A stretch of DNA of 51,646 nt from Octopus sinensis (lineage: Eukaryota), in the NCBI RefSeq assembly GCF_006345805.1, contig NW_021835026.1:1-51646 (forward strand). Reading direction: 5' to 3'. Shown piece by piece: positions 13,127 through 27,900 of this stretch (positions within the stretch are counted from its first letter, which is position 1; each line of letters opens with the position of its first letter). The position numbers and the translations under genes are program-made. The notes below the pieces were generated by a model. The model ran no database searches. It was given only the letters and a program-made list of their open reading frames with translations, and was not told the DNA's origin.

Positions 13127-13201
<75 letters not shown>

Positions 13202-14180
13202 GAAGAAGAAGAAGAAGAAGAAGAAGACGACGACGACGAAGAAATAGTTATTCTAATGAATAATAAATGATGGTATAATAGTATAACTTAACTTAGAGCG
13301 CGTACATACATACTTACATATATATACATACATATGCACATACATATACATACATACATACATACATACATACGTACAAACATAAATACATATATGCATA
13401 TATATATATATGTATGTATATATATATATACACATACATATATATACACACACACACATATATATACACATGCATATAATATATACATATATACATATAT
13501 ATATATATACATATATACATATATATACATACACACACGTACATTCATTCATATGTACACATATACACATATGTACACATAAAAACGTACATAAATACTA
13601 TAATTACTGTCGTATACCCATCCATCTACACATGCATGTTTATATTCATATATACACACATGCAAGCAATACAAATACACACACACATACAAATACATAC
13701 ATATACACATTCTTAATACATACATACATACATACATACATACATACAACATACATAAGAAAATGTATGAATAAATAAAAGCAAGAGCCAACTGTACGTC
13801 TGTCTCTCTGTCTGTCCAGAGTGATCTGGAATATTATTTTGGTATAATTCTGGCGTTCTCTCTGTGGATGAGGGGTGGGAGGTTGCAGGAGGGAAGAGGA
13901 GGATGAGCAGCAGAAAGAGCAGGAGGAAGGAAGTGGAGGAGGGCGATGATGTGGAACTGCATTGATATCAAAGAGGAATTTTGGTCAAACGATAATAACG
14001 AGTCTAATTGATGGCACCTTAAAGGTTTATACATAGAGCTTTGTCTAGACTAAAAACATTAAGAACATGATACAGCAAACGCGCGCGCACGTGTACACCC
14101 CCACTCACGCATACACACACATATATATCGACACTCACACACGCTGCTCATATAATATATATATATATAATATATATATA

Positions 14181-14284
<104 letters not shown>

Positions 14285-14334
14285 TAATATATATATATAA
14301 TATAATATAAAATATATATATATAGATATCTAAT

Positions 14335-14512
14335 ATATTAGTTAATCCAAACATGGAAACACAACGCGAGGACGTGGAACAAGTATAGTGTTAGTGGACG
14401 TTCAGGAAAGGAAAGAATGAAGGAGGATTTAACGTTTCGTCAGAAACATAGAAACAGGAAAGGTCCAAGGAAGGGAAGACGGAGAAAGAAAATCGCCAAC
14501 AATACACGCGAT
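14335..14512. mobile_element. Possible Penelope-like terminal-repeat remnant
   Basis: Purine-rich island between (TA)n tracts containing aacgtttcgtcagaaacat (minus strand ctgacga/aacgtt), which resembles an internally deleted PLE hammerhead-type motif. Recognised from memory only. Confidence 0.3.
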
Positions 14513-14550
14513 CACATATTATATATATATATATATATAATTATATATAT

Positions 14551-14860
14551 ATCACCGTGATCACCGTGACCGACCAGGCTATCAGATGTTGTTTACACGT
14601 CGCTGGTCACAATGCGCTTCGATTTGTTTTAGCCTTTGAATGACGCCACCCCACTGGCTAAGCGAGCAGGCCAACAGAAGAAAGAGTGAGAGAAAGTTGT
14701 GGCGAAAGAGTACAGCAGGGATCGCCACCATCCCCTGCCGGAGCCTCGTGGAGCTTTAGGAGTTTTCGCTCAATAAACACTCACAACGCCCATCTGGGAA
14801 TCGAAACCGCGATCCTACGAGCGCGAGTCCGCTGCCCTAACCACTGGGCCATTGCGCCTC

Positions 14861-14861
<1 letters not shown>
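14551..14861 (-). mobile_element. SINE family D, tail type 1, full length
   Basis: Minus-strand head ggcgcaatggcccagtggttagggcagcggactcgc..gtttcgattccc has A- and B-box-like motifs; the tail ends ggtcggtcacggtgatcacggtgat. Confidence 0.88.
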
Positions 14862-14904
<43 letters not shown>

Positions 14905-14979
14905 CTGAACATGTATACACACACGCAGATGTATATGTCGTAGTAGCGACAGACATGTAGACATGTATACATATTTATA

Positions 14980-15070
<91 letters not shown>

Positions 15071-15273
15071 ATGTATGTATGTATGTATATGTATGTGCAT
15101 GCTACCTTTATGCATGCAAGTATGTAAATATTCAATCTACCTATTTACTTATCCGTATGTGTGAGTGTGTGTGTCTGTTTGTGTATGTGTTTATATCGAT
15201 ATATCTTTGGAGTTATCTATCTATATATGCATATATACGCTTGTATACATCTGTTTATCTATCCATCCTTCTA

Positions 15274-15314
<41 letters not shown>

Positions 15315-15386
15315 CAATTTCTCTCTCTCTCTCTCTCTCTCTTTCTATATATATATATGTATATATATCGAGAGAAAGAGAGATAG

Positions 15387-15428
<42 letters not shown>

Positions 15429-15674
15429 ATTCTTGCTACATTAGTGATAACATGAATTTCTTCCATCCTCTTGCTCTGTTAGAATATTTATGAAAAATTA
15501 TATTAATGTATCTTGTTTGTTGAAGCTCCATATTTGTGTAGCTGAAGATAGCGCTACATTTAAATTGATGTAATGATTGCATTGCTCAATTAAATGGAAT
15601 CGCTTGAAACGGTCGTACTGCACTACTACTTGAAATCCTGTTACTTATTTCGATATATATATATATATATATAT

Positions 15675-15792
15675 GGCCTGCTTGCTTAGCCAGCGGGGTG
15701 GCGTCATTCGAAGGCTAAAACAATGCGAACGCATTGTGACCAGCGATGTGTAACAACATCTGATGGTCTGGTCGGTCACGTGATCACGTGAT
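15675..15792 (+). mobile_element. SINE family D tail type 1 fragment
   Basis: Reverse complement of about 14551-14670 (ggcctgcttgcttagccagcggggtggcgtcattcgaaggctaaaac..gtcacgtgatcacgtgat). Confidence 0.85.
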
Positions 15793-16147
15793 ATATATAT
15801 ATATATTCATACACACATACATATATACATATACACAAATATACATATATATACACGCTCACACACACATATATGGACATATATGCATGTATATTTGGTG
15901 TACTTTTGTGTGTACTTTTGGTGTACTTTTGTGCCCGTCTCGTATCGCTGCAGTAAAGAAATCACTCCATAATCAACCATCACCATTCATTGGGAAACAC
16001 ACATCAATACCACCAGCAGCACCATCTCTACCACCTATCACTACCACCATTACCACCACCATCACGATAAAGCACTCACGAACCAGTGCCGCCGCAATCA
16101 ACCCCAACACGACAAAGGTATATTTAATATGTATGTGTGGGTCCAGA

Positions 16148-16329
16148 TGCAACTGTGGCGGTGTGGTAAGAAGCTTGCTTCTTAACCACATGGTTCTGGG
16201 TTCAGTTCCACCGCGTGGCACCTTGAGCAAATGCCTTCTACTACGACGTCGGGCCGACCAAAGCTTTTTGAGTGAATTTAGTTGATAGAAACTGAAAGAA
16301 GCCTATTGTATATACGTGTGTGTGTGTGC

Positions 16330-16368
<39 letters not shown>

Positions 16369-16595
16369 TGTTTGTGTGTCTTTGCCCCGGCGTTTGTCCT
16401 CCACCAGCGCTTGACAACCAGTGTTGGTGTGTTTACATCCCCGTAAGCTAGCTGTTCAGCTTTTCAGCAAAATACCCCGATAAAACACGTAGCAAAATTA
16501 TATAAATATTAGGTTCTACAGTTGATTCGTTCGACTAAAATTCTTCAAGGCAGTGCCCCAGTATGGCCAGTCTACAGACTGAAGCAAGTGAATGA
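16148..16595 (+). mobile_element. SINE family B, diverged full-length copy with internal (TG)n
   Basis: Head gtgtggtaagaagcttgcttcttaaccacatggttctgggttcagttcc; tail ..gcagtgccccagtatggccag. Confidence 0.85.
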
Positions 16596-16821
16596 TGTCT
16601 AGTATGTAGCTATACATATATTATATCCATACCCTGATACTTCGCGGACTGGTCTCCCTGATGACAGTTTCCGGGTGCTACAAGATGTAATGTGTGTATG
16701 AAGCGGATTGGCTATTAGGATGAGTCAAATGATGCAAGCATCTCTGATTGGTCGAAAATCGATTGAGGTTCTCCATTGAAATTAGGTAAAGTCGACGTGT
16801 GTTCACGTCTGCTACGTAAGC

Positions 16822-16859
<38 letters not shown>

Positions 16860-17484
16860 CTCTCTCACTCACTCACTCTATATAAATGTATAATTTGTAT
16901 TAGCTCTTCCCATAACTAGTCATTTACTCCCTCCACTTCTCTTCATCTTCCTCCTCCTCGTCCTTCTCTTCCTGTCACCAAGCCTAGCATGTGCTTTCTT
17001 TCTACACCTCATGTGTTAACACTCTTTGGATATGTCTCTCTTTCCTTTATCCGCCCTCGCTATATGACGTGAAACGTGGCTGAAGACATCAACCCTCTAA
17101 CCAACCAACCAGCCAACCAACCAATCAACGAATATTTATATCAGCTATTATTACATAAAGCTGTTTCGCTATCGCATGGCTCTTTCGGCAATGTAGAGAA
17201 AGGTTTTGTACTTTTAATACATGGATTGTATTATCTTTACTGTCCACAAATTCTAATACCCCGCTCTTTCTACAGTTATCATCCAATGTTGTTCGTTAAT
17301 TTTAGATTTTACATACGCCAGGAGGGAGTTTTTGACCACCAATTGCCTGTATAATCTCAGATTTTTCTTTTCAGTTCACTATATTACACATCTTGGTCTC
17401 CCAAAGTACTTGTTTATATTTAGCATGCAAAACATTTCCTTGGAGTACTTTCCCTTATCGTTATAATGTATGCTTAGTATAGAG

Positions 17485-17640
17485 GCAGGAAAGGCTGTAT
17501 GGTTAATCAGATCGCTTTACAACCACGAGGTTTTGAGTTCAGTTCCACTGCACGGGACCTTGAGTAAATATCTTTTAATATAGCTTCGAGCTGAACAATA
17601 TCTTGAGAGTGAATTTAGTTGACGGAAACTGTATGGAAGC

Positions 17641-17671
<31 letters not shown>

Positions 17672-17835
17672 ATGGAAGTCAGATTGCGCAGTTTTGTTTC
17701 ATCGTTTACTTTTTCCCTGTCAGTGAACTGCGGCCCTGCTAAGTTACGGGGACGTAAAGAAACTAACACCGGTTGTCAGTCAGGCAGTATTGAGATTCAA
17801 GCGCAGACACAAAGACACACACACACACGCACACA
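17485..17835. mobile_element. Two old SINE-B-related fragments in opposite orientations
   Basis: Plus-strand head about 17485-17670; minus-strand tail piece ctaagttacggggacgtaaa at about 17715-17835. Confidence 0.6.
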
Positions 17836-17853
17836 CAAACATATATTCATATG

Positions 17854-18114
17854 GTGCTGTGTCTTTTTGTCCGACGTCAAACGTCTTTTCGCTCACGTTT
17901 TCTCGTCCGACGTTTTTTATTTTGTCCGATGACGTTTTTGTCCAACGACAAAACTCATCGATAAAATTCTCAATGATTATTTGATTTTGGTGTTCACCTT
18001 GTTTTCTGAAGAGTTTATTGGATAAAAAAATCGCTGGACAAAAAAATCATCAGACAAAAAGACGTCGGACCAATAGACGTAGATGAAGCGATGTTGGACA
18101 AAGTGACATCGCAC
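17854..18114. mobile_element. Foldback/MITE-like element whose arms are built of short ttgtccgacg subrepeats
   Basis: The left arm has about five (t)ttgtcc(g/a)a motifs and the right arm about four inverted (g)gacaaa motifs. Termini gtgc...gcac; the arms align as an imperfect ~110-bp inverted repeat. Confidence 0.7.
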
Positions 18115-18161
18115 GAAAAGTCGAGTCCCGATTCATGTATGTATACATATAAAAAGTGTAA

Positions 18162-18425
18162 GGACCTTCTTCGGTCATGAATAACCATGGGATTGCACTT
18201 AGAAAGTTCCCCTCCAAGGTACAAGTTTGGGCAAGATTGTTTATGGAAGACCAGCAGTCGCCAATGCATACCAGCCACCCCTCTCCATGCCATCGATGTA
18301 GTGGTAGTGGTGGTGGTGGTGGTGGCGGCGGCGGTGATGGTGGTGGTGATGGTGGCGGTGACGGCGGCGTTGGTGGCGGCAGCGGCGGCGTTGGTGGCGG
18401 CAGCGGCGGCGGTGGTGGTAGTGAT

Positions 18426-18456
<31 letters not shown>

Positions 18457-18684
18457 GTGCTGGCGGCGGCGACGTTGGTGGTGGAAGTGGTGGTAGTGGT
18501 GGTGGTGGTGCTAAAGGAAAAGGCAAAGGCCGCTACAGGTTGGCATTAGTGACGTCAGCTGAGTGAACTGGAGCAACGTGAATTAAAGTGTCTTGCTCAA
18601 GAACACAACACGCAGCCTGGTCTGGGATTCGAACTCAGTACCTCCTGGTTGTGAACCCGACGTGCTAACCACCGAGTCATTCGC
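18162..18684 (-). mobile_element. SINE family C, full length, interrupted by a ~210-bp (GGT/GGC)n tract
   Basis: Minus strand: tRNA-like head (ggtggttagcacgtcggg..gagttcgaatccc), CORE-like gtgttcttgagcaagacacttt, then a tail resuming after the triplet tract (atggcatggagagg..ctggtcttccataa..gtgcaatcccatgg). Colinear with 21610-22345. Confidence 0.85.
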
Positions 18685-18924
18685 TTTTACGTATGTATGA
18701 ATACACAAAAATGTACACACACACACACACACAGACATGCACCGATCCCCACCCCTACACATGCACGTACCCATTCCCTCTCTCTCACCAATCTTCCGTC
18801 GTTCACCTGCAATGGCTCGCGTAAAGGTGAGAGGTCAAATCTGGAAAGTGCCATAGTTAGGGAATGACATTTGATCCAAATCGTTAAGACATGGTTGCAG
18901 TGGTTGTAATAATGATTGTCGCGG

Positions 18925-18939
18925 CGATGGTGGTGGTGG

Positions 18940-18970
<31 letters not shown>

Positions 18971-19004
18971 GGTGGTGTTGGTGCTGGCGGCGGTGGCAGC
19001 AGCT

Positions 19005-19079
<75 letters not shown>

Positions 19080-19190
19080 TAGTAGTGGTGGTGGTGGTGG
19101 TGGTGGTGGTGGTCGAGGTGGTGGTGGTGGTGGTGGTGGTGGTGGTGGTAATGGTGGTGGTAATGGTGGTGGTAATGGTGGTGGTTCTAA
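18925..19190. repeat. (GGT)n-(GCA)n-(GTA)n-(GGT)n compound trinucleotide tract
   Basis: Directly visible. Confidence 0.95.
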
Positions 19191-19240
19191 TGGAATATAT
19201 ACGTTTCATAACCCATCCGGTGTCCATCAAGATTCCGCAT

Positions 19241-19373
19241 TTTTACCAGCTGAGTAGACTGGCGCAATGTGTAATGAAATGTCTTGCTCAAGATCACAAT
19301 GCACAGCATGTCTTGGAATCGAAACTACGGTCTTATGAGCATGACTGCAAGACGCCTAACCACGAGGTCACAC
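19241..19373 (-). mobile_element. Diverged SINE family C head
   Basis: ccagctgagtagactgg..gtcttgctcaagatcacaatgc..ggaatcgaa..cctaaccac. Confidence 0.7.
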
Positions 19374-19428
19374 ATATGTGTGATGTGTGCCCGTATAAAC
19401 ATATATACGAGCATAATACATACATACA

Positions 19429-19459
<31 letters not shown>

Positions 19460-19529
19460 GTATGTATATGTATACATATAAACATATATATAGATATATA
19501 CATGTATATATATATATATAATATATATA

Positions 19530-19578
<49 letters not shown>

Positions 19579-19644
19579 GTATGTATACATACATATATAT
19601 ATGTGTATGTATACATATATACATATATATATACGTATGTACAT

Positions 19645-19682
<38 letters not shown>

Positions 19683-19699
19683 TATGTATGTCTATATGT

Positions 19700-19755
<56 letters not shown>

Positions 19756-20232
19756 TAGATGTATGTCTATATGTATACATATATACATATAAACATATAT
19801 AGCTATATACACGAATATATAATGTATATACATATAAACATATATATACATGCACATATATATAGATATATAAATGTACATATATATATGTATATATATA
19901 TATATATAAGTGGAACGGACAGACTCACAGAGATATGCATGTTAAAGGACAATGACAGAAGCCATGAATGAAACAGGATATCGCAGAAGAAAAGAACTAG
20001 AATAAAACAAATGGATGATGCTCGAACCTCACACAAATATCCGAACATCTAAAACGACACCTGTCGGTAATTATCAACCATTATCTACTGCCACCGCCAC
20101 CCAATTAAAGCCGATACAGTTGACGGAATATCAACTATACACATTCATACATAGATTGAATATCACCGTCGCCGCCACCACCGCGGCTACACGACCAGTG
20201 CGACTACTAACACCATTATCATCATCGCAGCC

Positions 20233-20269
<37 letters not shown>

Positions 20270-20286
20270 GTGTGTGTGTGTGTATA

Positions 20287-20318
<32 letters not shown>

Positions 20319-20419
20319 ATACACACACGCACACACACACAAACACACACACACAAACAAATACACATATACACAAAGAATGTGATAGAGAGAGAGTATG
20401 AGAGAAGAACAGGAATGAA

Positions 20420-20690
20420 GTTGGATTTTCCTTTAATTCATATCCATTACGATCGTTTCAACAATTGATAATTAAGATCGATGCATAATCAAAAATTATA
20501 ATGTAATACTTCTAAAATATATTCGATCAAAATAATCTAAGACTGCTATTCCTGACCAATCATACAGTTCTTCATAAATTTTATCGAATAAATTTTAAAA
20601 GTTATAATTTATAAGTTTCGATTATACATCGACTTTGGTTATCAGTTGTCGAAACGATCGTAATGGAATTAACGAATTAAACGAAATAAC
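20420..20690. mobile_element. ~270-bp imperfect palindrome (MITE/foldback-like)
   Basis: tccattacgatcgtttcaacaattgataa..tcgatgcataatc..ttctaaaatatattcgat pairs with atcgaataaattttaaaag..gattatacatcga..ttatcagttgtcgaaacgatcgtaatgga; central loop about 20 nt. Confidence 0.8.
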
Positions 20691-21134
20691 AACAATCTTC
20701 TTCCTGTTATTCTCTTATGTTATATGTGCTTTCATACTATGTAGTAGACCTGTATTGTATGAATGTTCCTATACGGGATCACGTAGCAAGGGAGAGGTTA
20801 ACATGGATATTATCAGTAGCCTCAACTTTACACGATAATTTGTCGCCTACCTATTTCTATATAAAAACTTAGATAAAAACTTATATATGTTTCGACCAGA
20901 GATTGGTCCAGGCCATGTCTAACTTAATATAAATGTCTCGATATATTAACATTCGTTAAATTGAAGGATTATTCAATACATTTGGCGGAATACAAAAGTA
21001 TTATTCTTTGACATGAAAAGTATTGGCAATAGCTTCGAAGATTTGACCAGCAGAGCAATCATCGGATTGTGATTATGGGTTGTGCCGGCCGAAACTTCAA
21101 AGTCTATGTCAATGCTATTCTTGTTAAAGAATAA

Positions 21135-21350
<216 letters not shown>

Positions 21351-21609
21351 TGTATACATTCACACTCACACACGTTTGACAAATCAATCAATAAACAGAG
21401 AAGAGAAATGCAGTCAGTGCTTGTGTTTTTGTTGACAGGATGACCGTCCCACCATATGTGTGTGGTGGGTTGTGAGTGAGTATGTATGCATATGTGTATG
21501 TATGTGTGTGTGGCGGACAACATGAGCAATATTAATAGCAACAGGTTATATTTATTCTCCACTTAAAGTAGATGTTGCGATAGAACAGAATACTGCGTTG
21601 CTTACCATG

Positions 21610-22345
21610 AGAGGATCTCTGACACTATTTCATGTTGCTCCGGTTCACTCAGCTGTAGAAATGCGTTGCGATGTCATTGGTGCCAAGCTGTATTGGCCTT
21701 TGCCTTTCTGTTGGATAATATCAGTGGCATGGAGAGTGGATGCTAGTATGCATGGGCGATTGCTGGTCTTCCATAAGCAACCTTACTCGCACACGAAATT
21801 TTTTTCCCACGAGAGTTCCAGACCCCCAATAATGAACTCATTTGCACACAGCCAATCAGAGCTCACCTTGAGCTTGTTGTCAAGTCAACAAACACACTCT
21901 ACCACATTAAACTCAAGACAAAGAACGGTGTTGTAAGTCGACCGATTGCCAAGTTATGCCTGATTTCAGAAAGATTTACATCTGTACCTATTACTGGATT
22001 TTGTTAGGGCCCCATATGGTATAGATGTGGATGGAAAAAATTTGGGTAGAGGGTGATGTGCTAGCAACCCTCTCCTGTTACTGTTTTACAAAGTAAACAA
22101 TACAAATAACTACGCAGAATAACTACAAGAACAAGAACAACAAGCATTATTAAAAGACAAAAGAAGCATGGTCATTCCTTACGCAAATGACCCTTCATTT
22201 ATGTGCTCATAAATTAGTTTGATAGTTGAGCTCTGATTGGCTGTATGCAAATGAGTTCATAACTGGGGTCCGGAAATCTCGTGGGGAAAAATTTCGCTAA
22301 CCGGACTTTCTAGGTGCAATCCCATGGTCATTCGTAACCAAAGGG
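21610..22345 (+). mobile_element. SINE family C copy, split by the insertion at 21794-22296
   Basis: 21610-21790 and 22300-22345 are reverse-complement matches to consecutive parts of the intact copy at 18162-18600. Confidence 0.8.
21794..22296. mobile_element. ~500-bp non-autonomous DNA transposon with ~70-bp terminal inverted repeats
   Basis: 21794-21865 (cgaaattttttccccacgagag..atgaactcatttgcacacagccaatcagagctca) is a close inverted match to 22227-22296. No clear TSD. Confidence 0.85.
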
Positions 22346-22403
22346 GGGGATCTTTATACTTTATTTGCATGTATATATAATATGTATATATATATATATA
22401 TAT

Positions 22404-22436
<33 letters not shown>

Positions 22437-22954
22437 ATATATATACACACACACATAATCAAATCTTATAATTTGTCATAGAAGGCGGAGGAAAGTACTC
22501 AATACATGGCATAGAGTATATTGTTTACGTAAGCCGAATTGATTTTGTTGAAACTTGACTTTATATTCTCTTTCTCTTTCTCTTTTATGTAAATAAACTT
22601 ATAAACTTATTTATCAACCAGGGCACCGATACAAAGTATGTGAGATTAAAATTATAAACGGACATACAATCACACATCTAATAACCATATGTTAAATGTA
22701 ACTGCAAGAAAGCACCATGAGGCTATAACACAGAACCTTCAGTGAAACAAAGTTTGGGATCTACAAATCAATTAATTTCGACTTCTGTTAAAGCCATCGT
22801 CGGGATTTGATTTCTCATTCATTAGTGCGATCGGTGCTATATGAATAATGTAAGTTTGATTAGGCTGTAGTCCTCACGCGCACACAAACACACGTAGGCA
22901 CATACACACACACACATAGTAAGCGCATGCAAACAGAAATACACATGCACAAAC

Positions 22955-22985
<31 letters not shown>

Positions 22986-23889
22986 CACACACAGACACAG
23001 CCACTCATAAAGTTTATTCACCTACTTCGACATATAGATTCATTTATCTTCGCTCATCACTTGCACTTTGTTTTATGTATGTACATGTCTGCGTGTTCAT
23101 GCAATATTTTGTGCATATATATATATACATATATATATATCATATATATATACATAAATATATATGTATATGAATATATATATCTAAACTCACACACACA
23201 CACATATATATATATACATATATATCATATATATCATATATATCATATATATATATCATATATATATATGTATATATATTTATATACACATACATGAATA
23301 TATATATATGAATATATATATACATATATATGTACAAATATATATACATATATATATATACATATATACACACACACACACACATACACATACACATACA
23401 TACATACATACATACATACATACATGCATGCATGCATACATGCATGCACTTGCATATGTCAATGCCATGCACAGGTGTTATAATTATGAAAATTAAACGC
23501 AGAAAAACTTATCAGTTCATAAGCTGCGCATGCGCTCGACATTAGAGGTTTCGGTAAGGTTTTTGGTTAGGTGTTTGTTCTCTAATTCGGTTTTCAATTT
23601 ACAACCTCGTCACACATTGGAAAATATTCTTATATAAACCCACCTAACCCCGCCGACACCACCCTACTCCTCTACCAAAAATCGCTAATGTCATCACCCC
23701 CCCACACACACACGCGCCGTAGCCGCTGCCACGATTACGCTATCAGATCCACTATATCCCTCGCAAACCAACACACCGCCAACAACACCATTCCCCAACA
23801 ACAACACCACCACCAACAACAACAAAAACAAAACAAACACAGCAACAACAACACCGATAACGACAATAAAGATCTAAGAACAATTACAC

Positions 23890-24420
<531 letters not shown>

Positions 24421-24456
24421 GAGAATAACAACAGCAATAATATCATAACAAACAAT

Positions 24457-24746
24457 TAGATTCCTTCTCGAGCCATAGGGCTGGTTTCCCTGTTTCCGTG
24501 GCGTATAGGTCCCCCACCTGGACGGGACGCCGGTCCGTCGCAGGTGAACTGCAAGATGCAGGAGGAAAGAGTGAGAGAAAGTTGTGGTGAAAGAGTCAGC
24601 AGAAGTTCCCCATTCCTTTCTGCCGGTGCCGCGTGAAGTTAGGGGTTTCGCTCATAAATACACACATCGCCCGGTCTGAGATTCGAACCCGCGATCCCTC
24701 GACCGCGAGTCCGCTGCTCTAACCACTAGGCCATGTGCCTCTACAC
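24457..24746 (-). mobile_element. SINE family D, tail type 2, full length with an 11-bp TSD
   Basis: Head gcacatggcctagtggttagagcagcggactcgc..gggttcgaatctc. The direct repeat taacaaacaat flanks it at 24446-24456 and 24747-24757. Confidence 0.92.
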
Positions 24747-24969
24747 TAACAAACAATAACGCATGCAATAATAAACACAATAACAACAACAATAATGATA
24801 GCAATAATTACCACAATAACAACAACAGTAACAATAGCAATAATAGTCACAATGAGAAGAATAACAATAGCAATAATAGTCATAACAACAACAATAACGT
24901 TAGCAATAATAACCACAATAACAACAACAATAATAATAAGCACAATAGCTACAACAATAACAATAGCAA

Positions 24970-27900
24970 TAATAGCCTCAATAGCAATAACAATAGTGAC
25001 AGCAATAATAACCACAATAACAACAACAGTAATGACAGCAATAATAACCACAATAACAACAACAGTAATGATAGCAATAATAACCACAATAACAACAACA
25101 ATAGTGACAGCAATAATAACCACAATAACAACAACAGTAATGACAGCAATAATAACCACAATAACAACAACAATGATGACAGCAATAATAACCACAATAA
25201 CAACAACAGTAATGATAGCAATAATAACCACAATAACAACAACAATAGTGACAGCAATAATAACCACAATAACAACAGTAATGATAGCAATAATAACCAC
25301 AATAACAACAGCAGTAATGATAGCAATAATAACCACAATAACAACAACAATAATGATAGCAATAATAACCACAATAACAACAACAGTAATGACAGCAATA
25401 ATAACCACAATAACAACAACAGTAATGATAGCAATAATAACCACAATAACAACAACAATAATGATAGCAATAATAACCACAATAACAACAACAGTAATGA
25501 CAGCAATAATAACCACAATAACAACAACAATAATGATAGCAAAAATAACCACAATAACAACAACAGTAATGACAGCAATAATAACCACAATAACAACAAC
25601 AATAATGATAGCAATAAAAACCACAATAACAACAACAGTAATAATAGCAATAATAACCACAATAACAACAGCAGTAATGATAGCAATAATAACCACAATA
25701 ACAACAACAGTAATGATAGCAATAATAACCACAATAACAACAACAGTAATGATAGCAATAATAACCACAATAACAACAACAATAGTGACAGCAATAATAA
25801 CCACAATAACAACAACAGTAATGATAGCAATAATAACCACAATAACAACAACAGTAATGATAGCAATAATAACCACAATAACAACAACAATAATGATAGC
25901 AATAATAACCACAATAACAACAACAGTAATGACAGCAATAATAACCACAATAACAACAACAGTAATGATAGCAATAATAACCACAATAACAACAACAATA
26001 ATGATAGCAATAATAACCACAATAACAACAACAGTAATGACAGCAATAATAACCACAATAACAACAACAATAATGATAGCAATAATAACCACAATAACAA
26101 CAACAGTAATGACAGCAATAATAACCACAATAACAACAACAATAATGATAGCAATAAAAACCACAATAACAACAACAGTAATGATAGCAATAATAACCAC
26201 AATAACAACAGCAGTAATGATAGCAATAATAACTACATACAAACAACAGTATGATAGCAATAATAACCACAATACAACAACAGTAATGATTCAAATAACC
26301 ACAATAACAACAACAATAATGATAGCAATAATAACCACAATAACAACAACAGTAATGACAGCAATAATAACCACAATAACAACAACAATAATGATAGCAA
26401 TAATAACCACAATAACAACAACAGTAATGATAGCAATAATAACCACAATAACAACAACAGTAATGATAGCAATAATAACCACAATAACAACAACAATAAT
26501 GATAGCAATAATAACCACAATAACAACAACAGTAATGATAGCAATAATAACCACAATAACAACAACAGCAATAATAACCACAATAACAACAACAATAATG
26601 ATAGCAATAATAACCACAATAACAACAACAGTAATGGTAGCAATAATAACCACAATAACATAACAGCATAATAACCAATAACAACAACAATAATGATAGA
26701 AATAATAACCACAATACAACAACAGTAATGACATCAATATCCACATAACAACAACAATAATGATAGCAATATAACCACAATACAACAACAGTAATGACAG
26801 CAATAATAACCACAATAACAACAACAATAATGACAGCAATAATAACCACAATAACAACAACAATAATGATAGCAATAATAACAACAATAACAACAACAGT
26901 AATGATAGCAACAATAACAACAACAGTAATGATAGCATTATAACCCCATAACAACAACAGTAATGATAGCAATAATAACCACAATAACAACAACAATAAT
27001 GATAGCAATAATAACCACAATAACAACAGTAATGACAGCATAATAACCACAATAACAACAACAATAATGATAGCAATAATAACCACAATAACAACAACAG
27101 TAATGATAGCATAATAACCACAATAACAACAACAGTAATGATAGCAATAATAACCACAAAACAACAACAATAATGATAGCAATAATAACCACAATAACAC
27201 AACAGTAATGATAGCAATAATAACCACAATAACAACACATCAATAATAACCACAATAACAACAACAGCAATAATAACCACAATAACAACAACAATAATGA
27301 TAGCAATAATAACCACAATAACAACAACAGTAATGGTAGCAATAATAACCACAATAACAATAACAGCAATAATAACCACAATAACAACAACAATAATGAT
27401 AGAAATAATAACCACAATAACAACAACAGTAATGACATCAATAATAACCACAATAACAACAACAATAATGATAGCAATAATAACCACAATAACAACAACA
27501 GTAATGACAGCAATAATAACCACAATAACAACAACAATAATGACAGCAATAATAACCACAATAACAACAACAATAATGATAGCAATAATAACAACAATAA
27601 CAACAACAGTAATGATAGCAACAATAACAACAACAGTAATGATAGCAATTATAACCACAATAACAACAACAGTAATGACAGCAATAATAACAACAATAAC
27701 AACAACAATAATGATAGCAATAATAACCACAATAACAACAACACTAATGACAACAATAATAACCACAATAACAACAACAATAATGATAGCAATAATAACC
27801 ACAATAACAACAACAATAATGATTGCAATAATAACAACAACAGTAATGATAGCAACAATAACAACAACAGTAATGATAGCAATAATAACCAGATTAACAA

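Noticed and set aside
14780-14861. tRNA genes at SINE heads (also 24670-24746, 45540-45610, 18610-18684)
   Set aside because: They have A/B boxes but continue into SINE bodies and lack a complete acceptor stem; they are tRNA-derived SINE heads.
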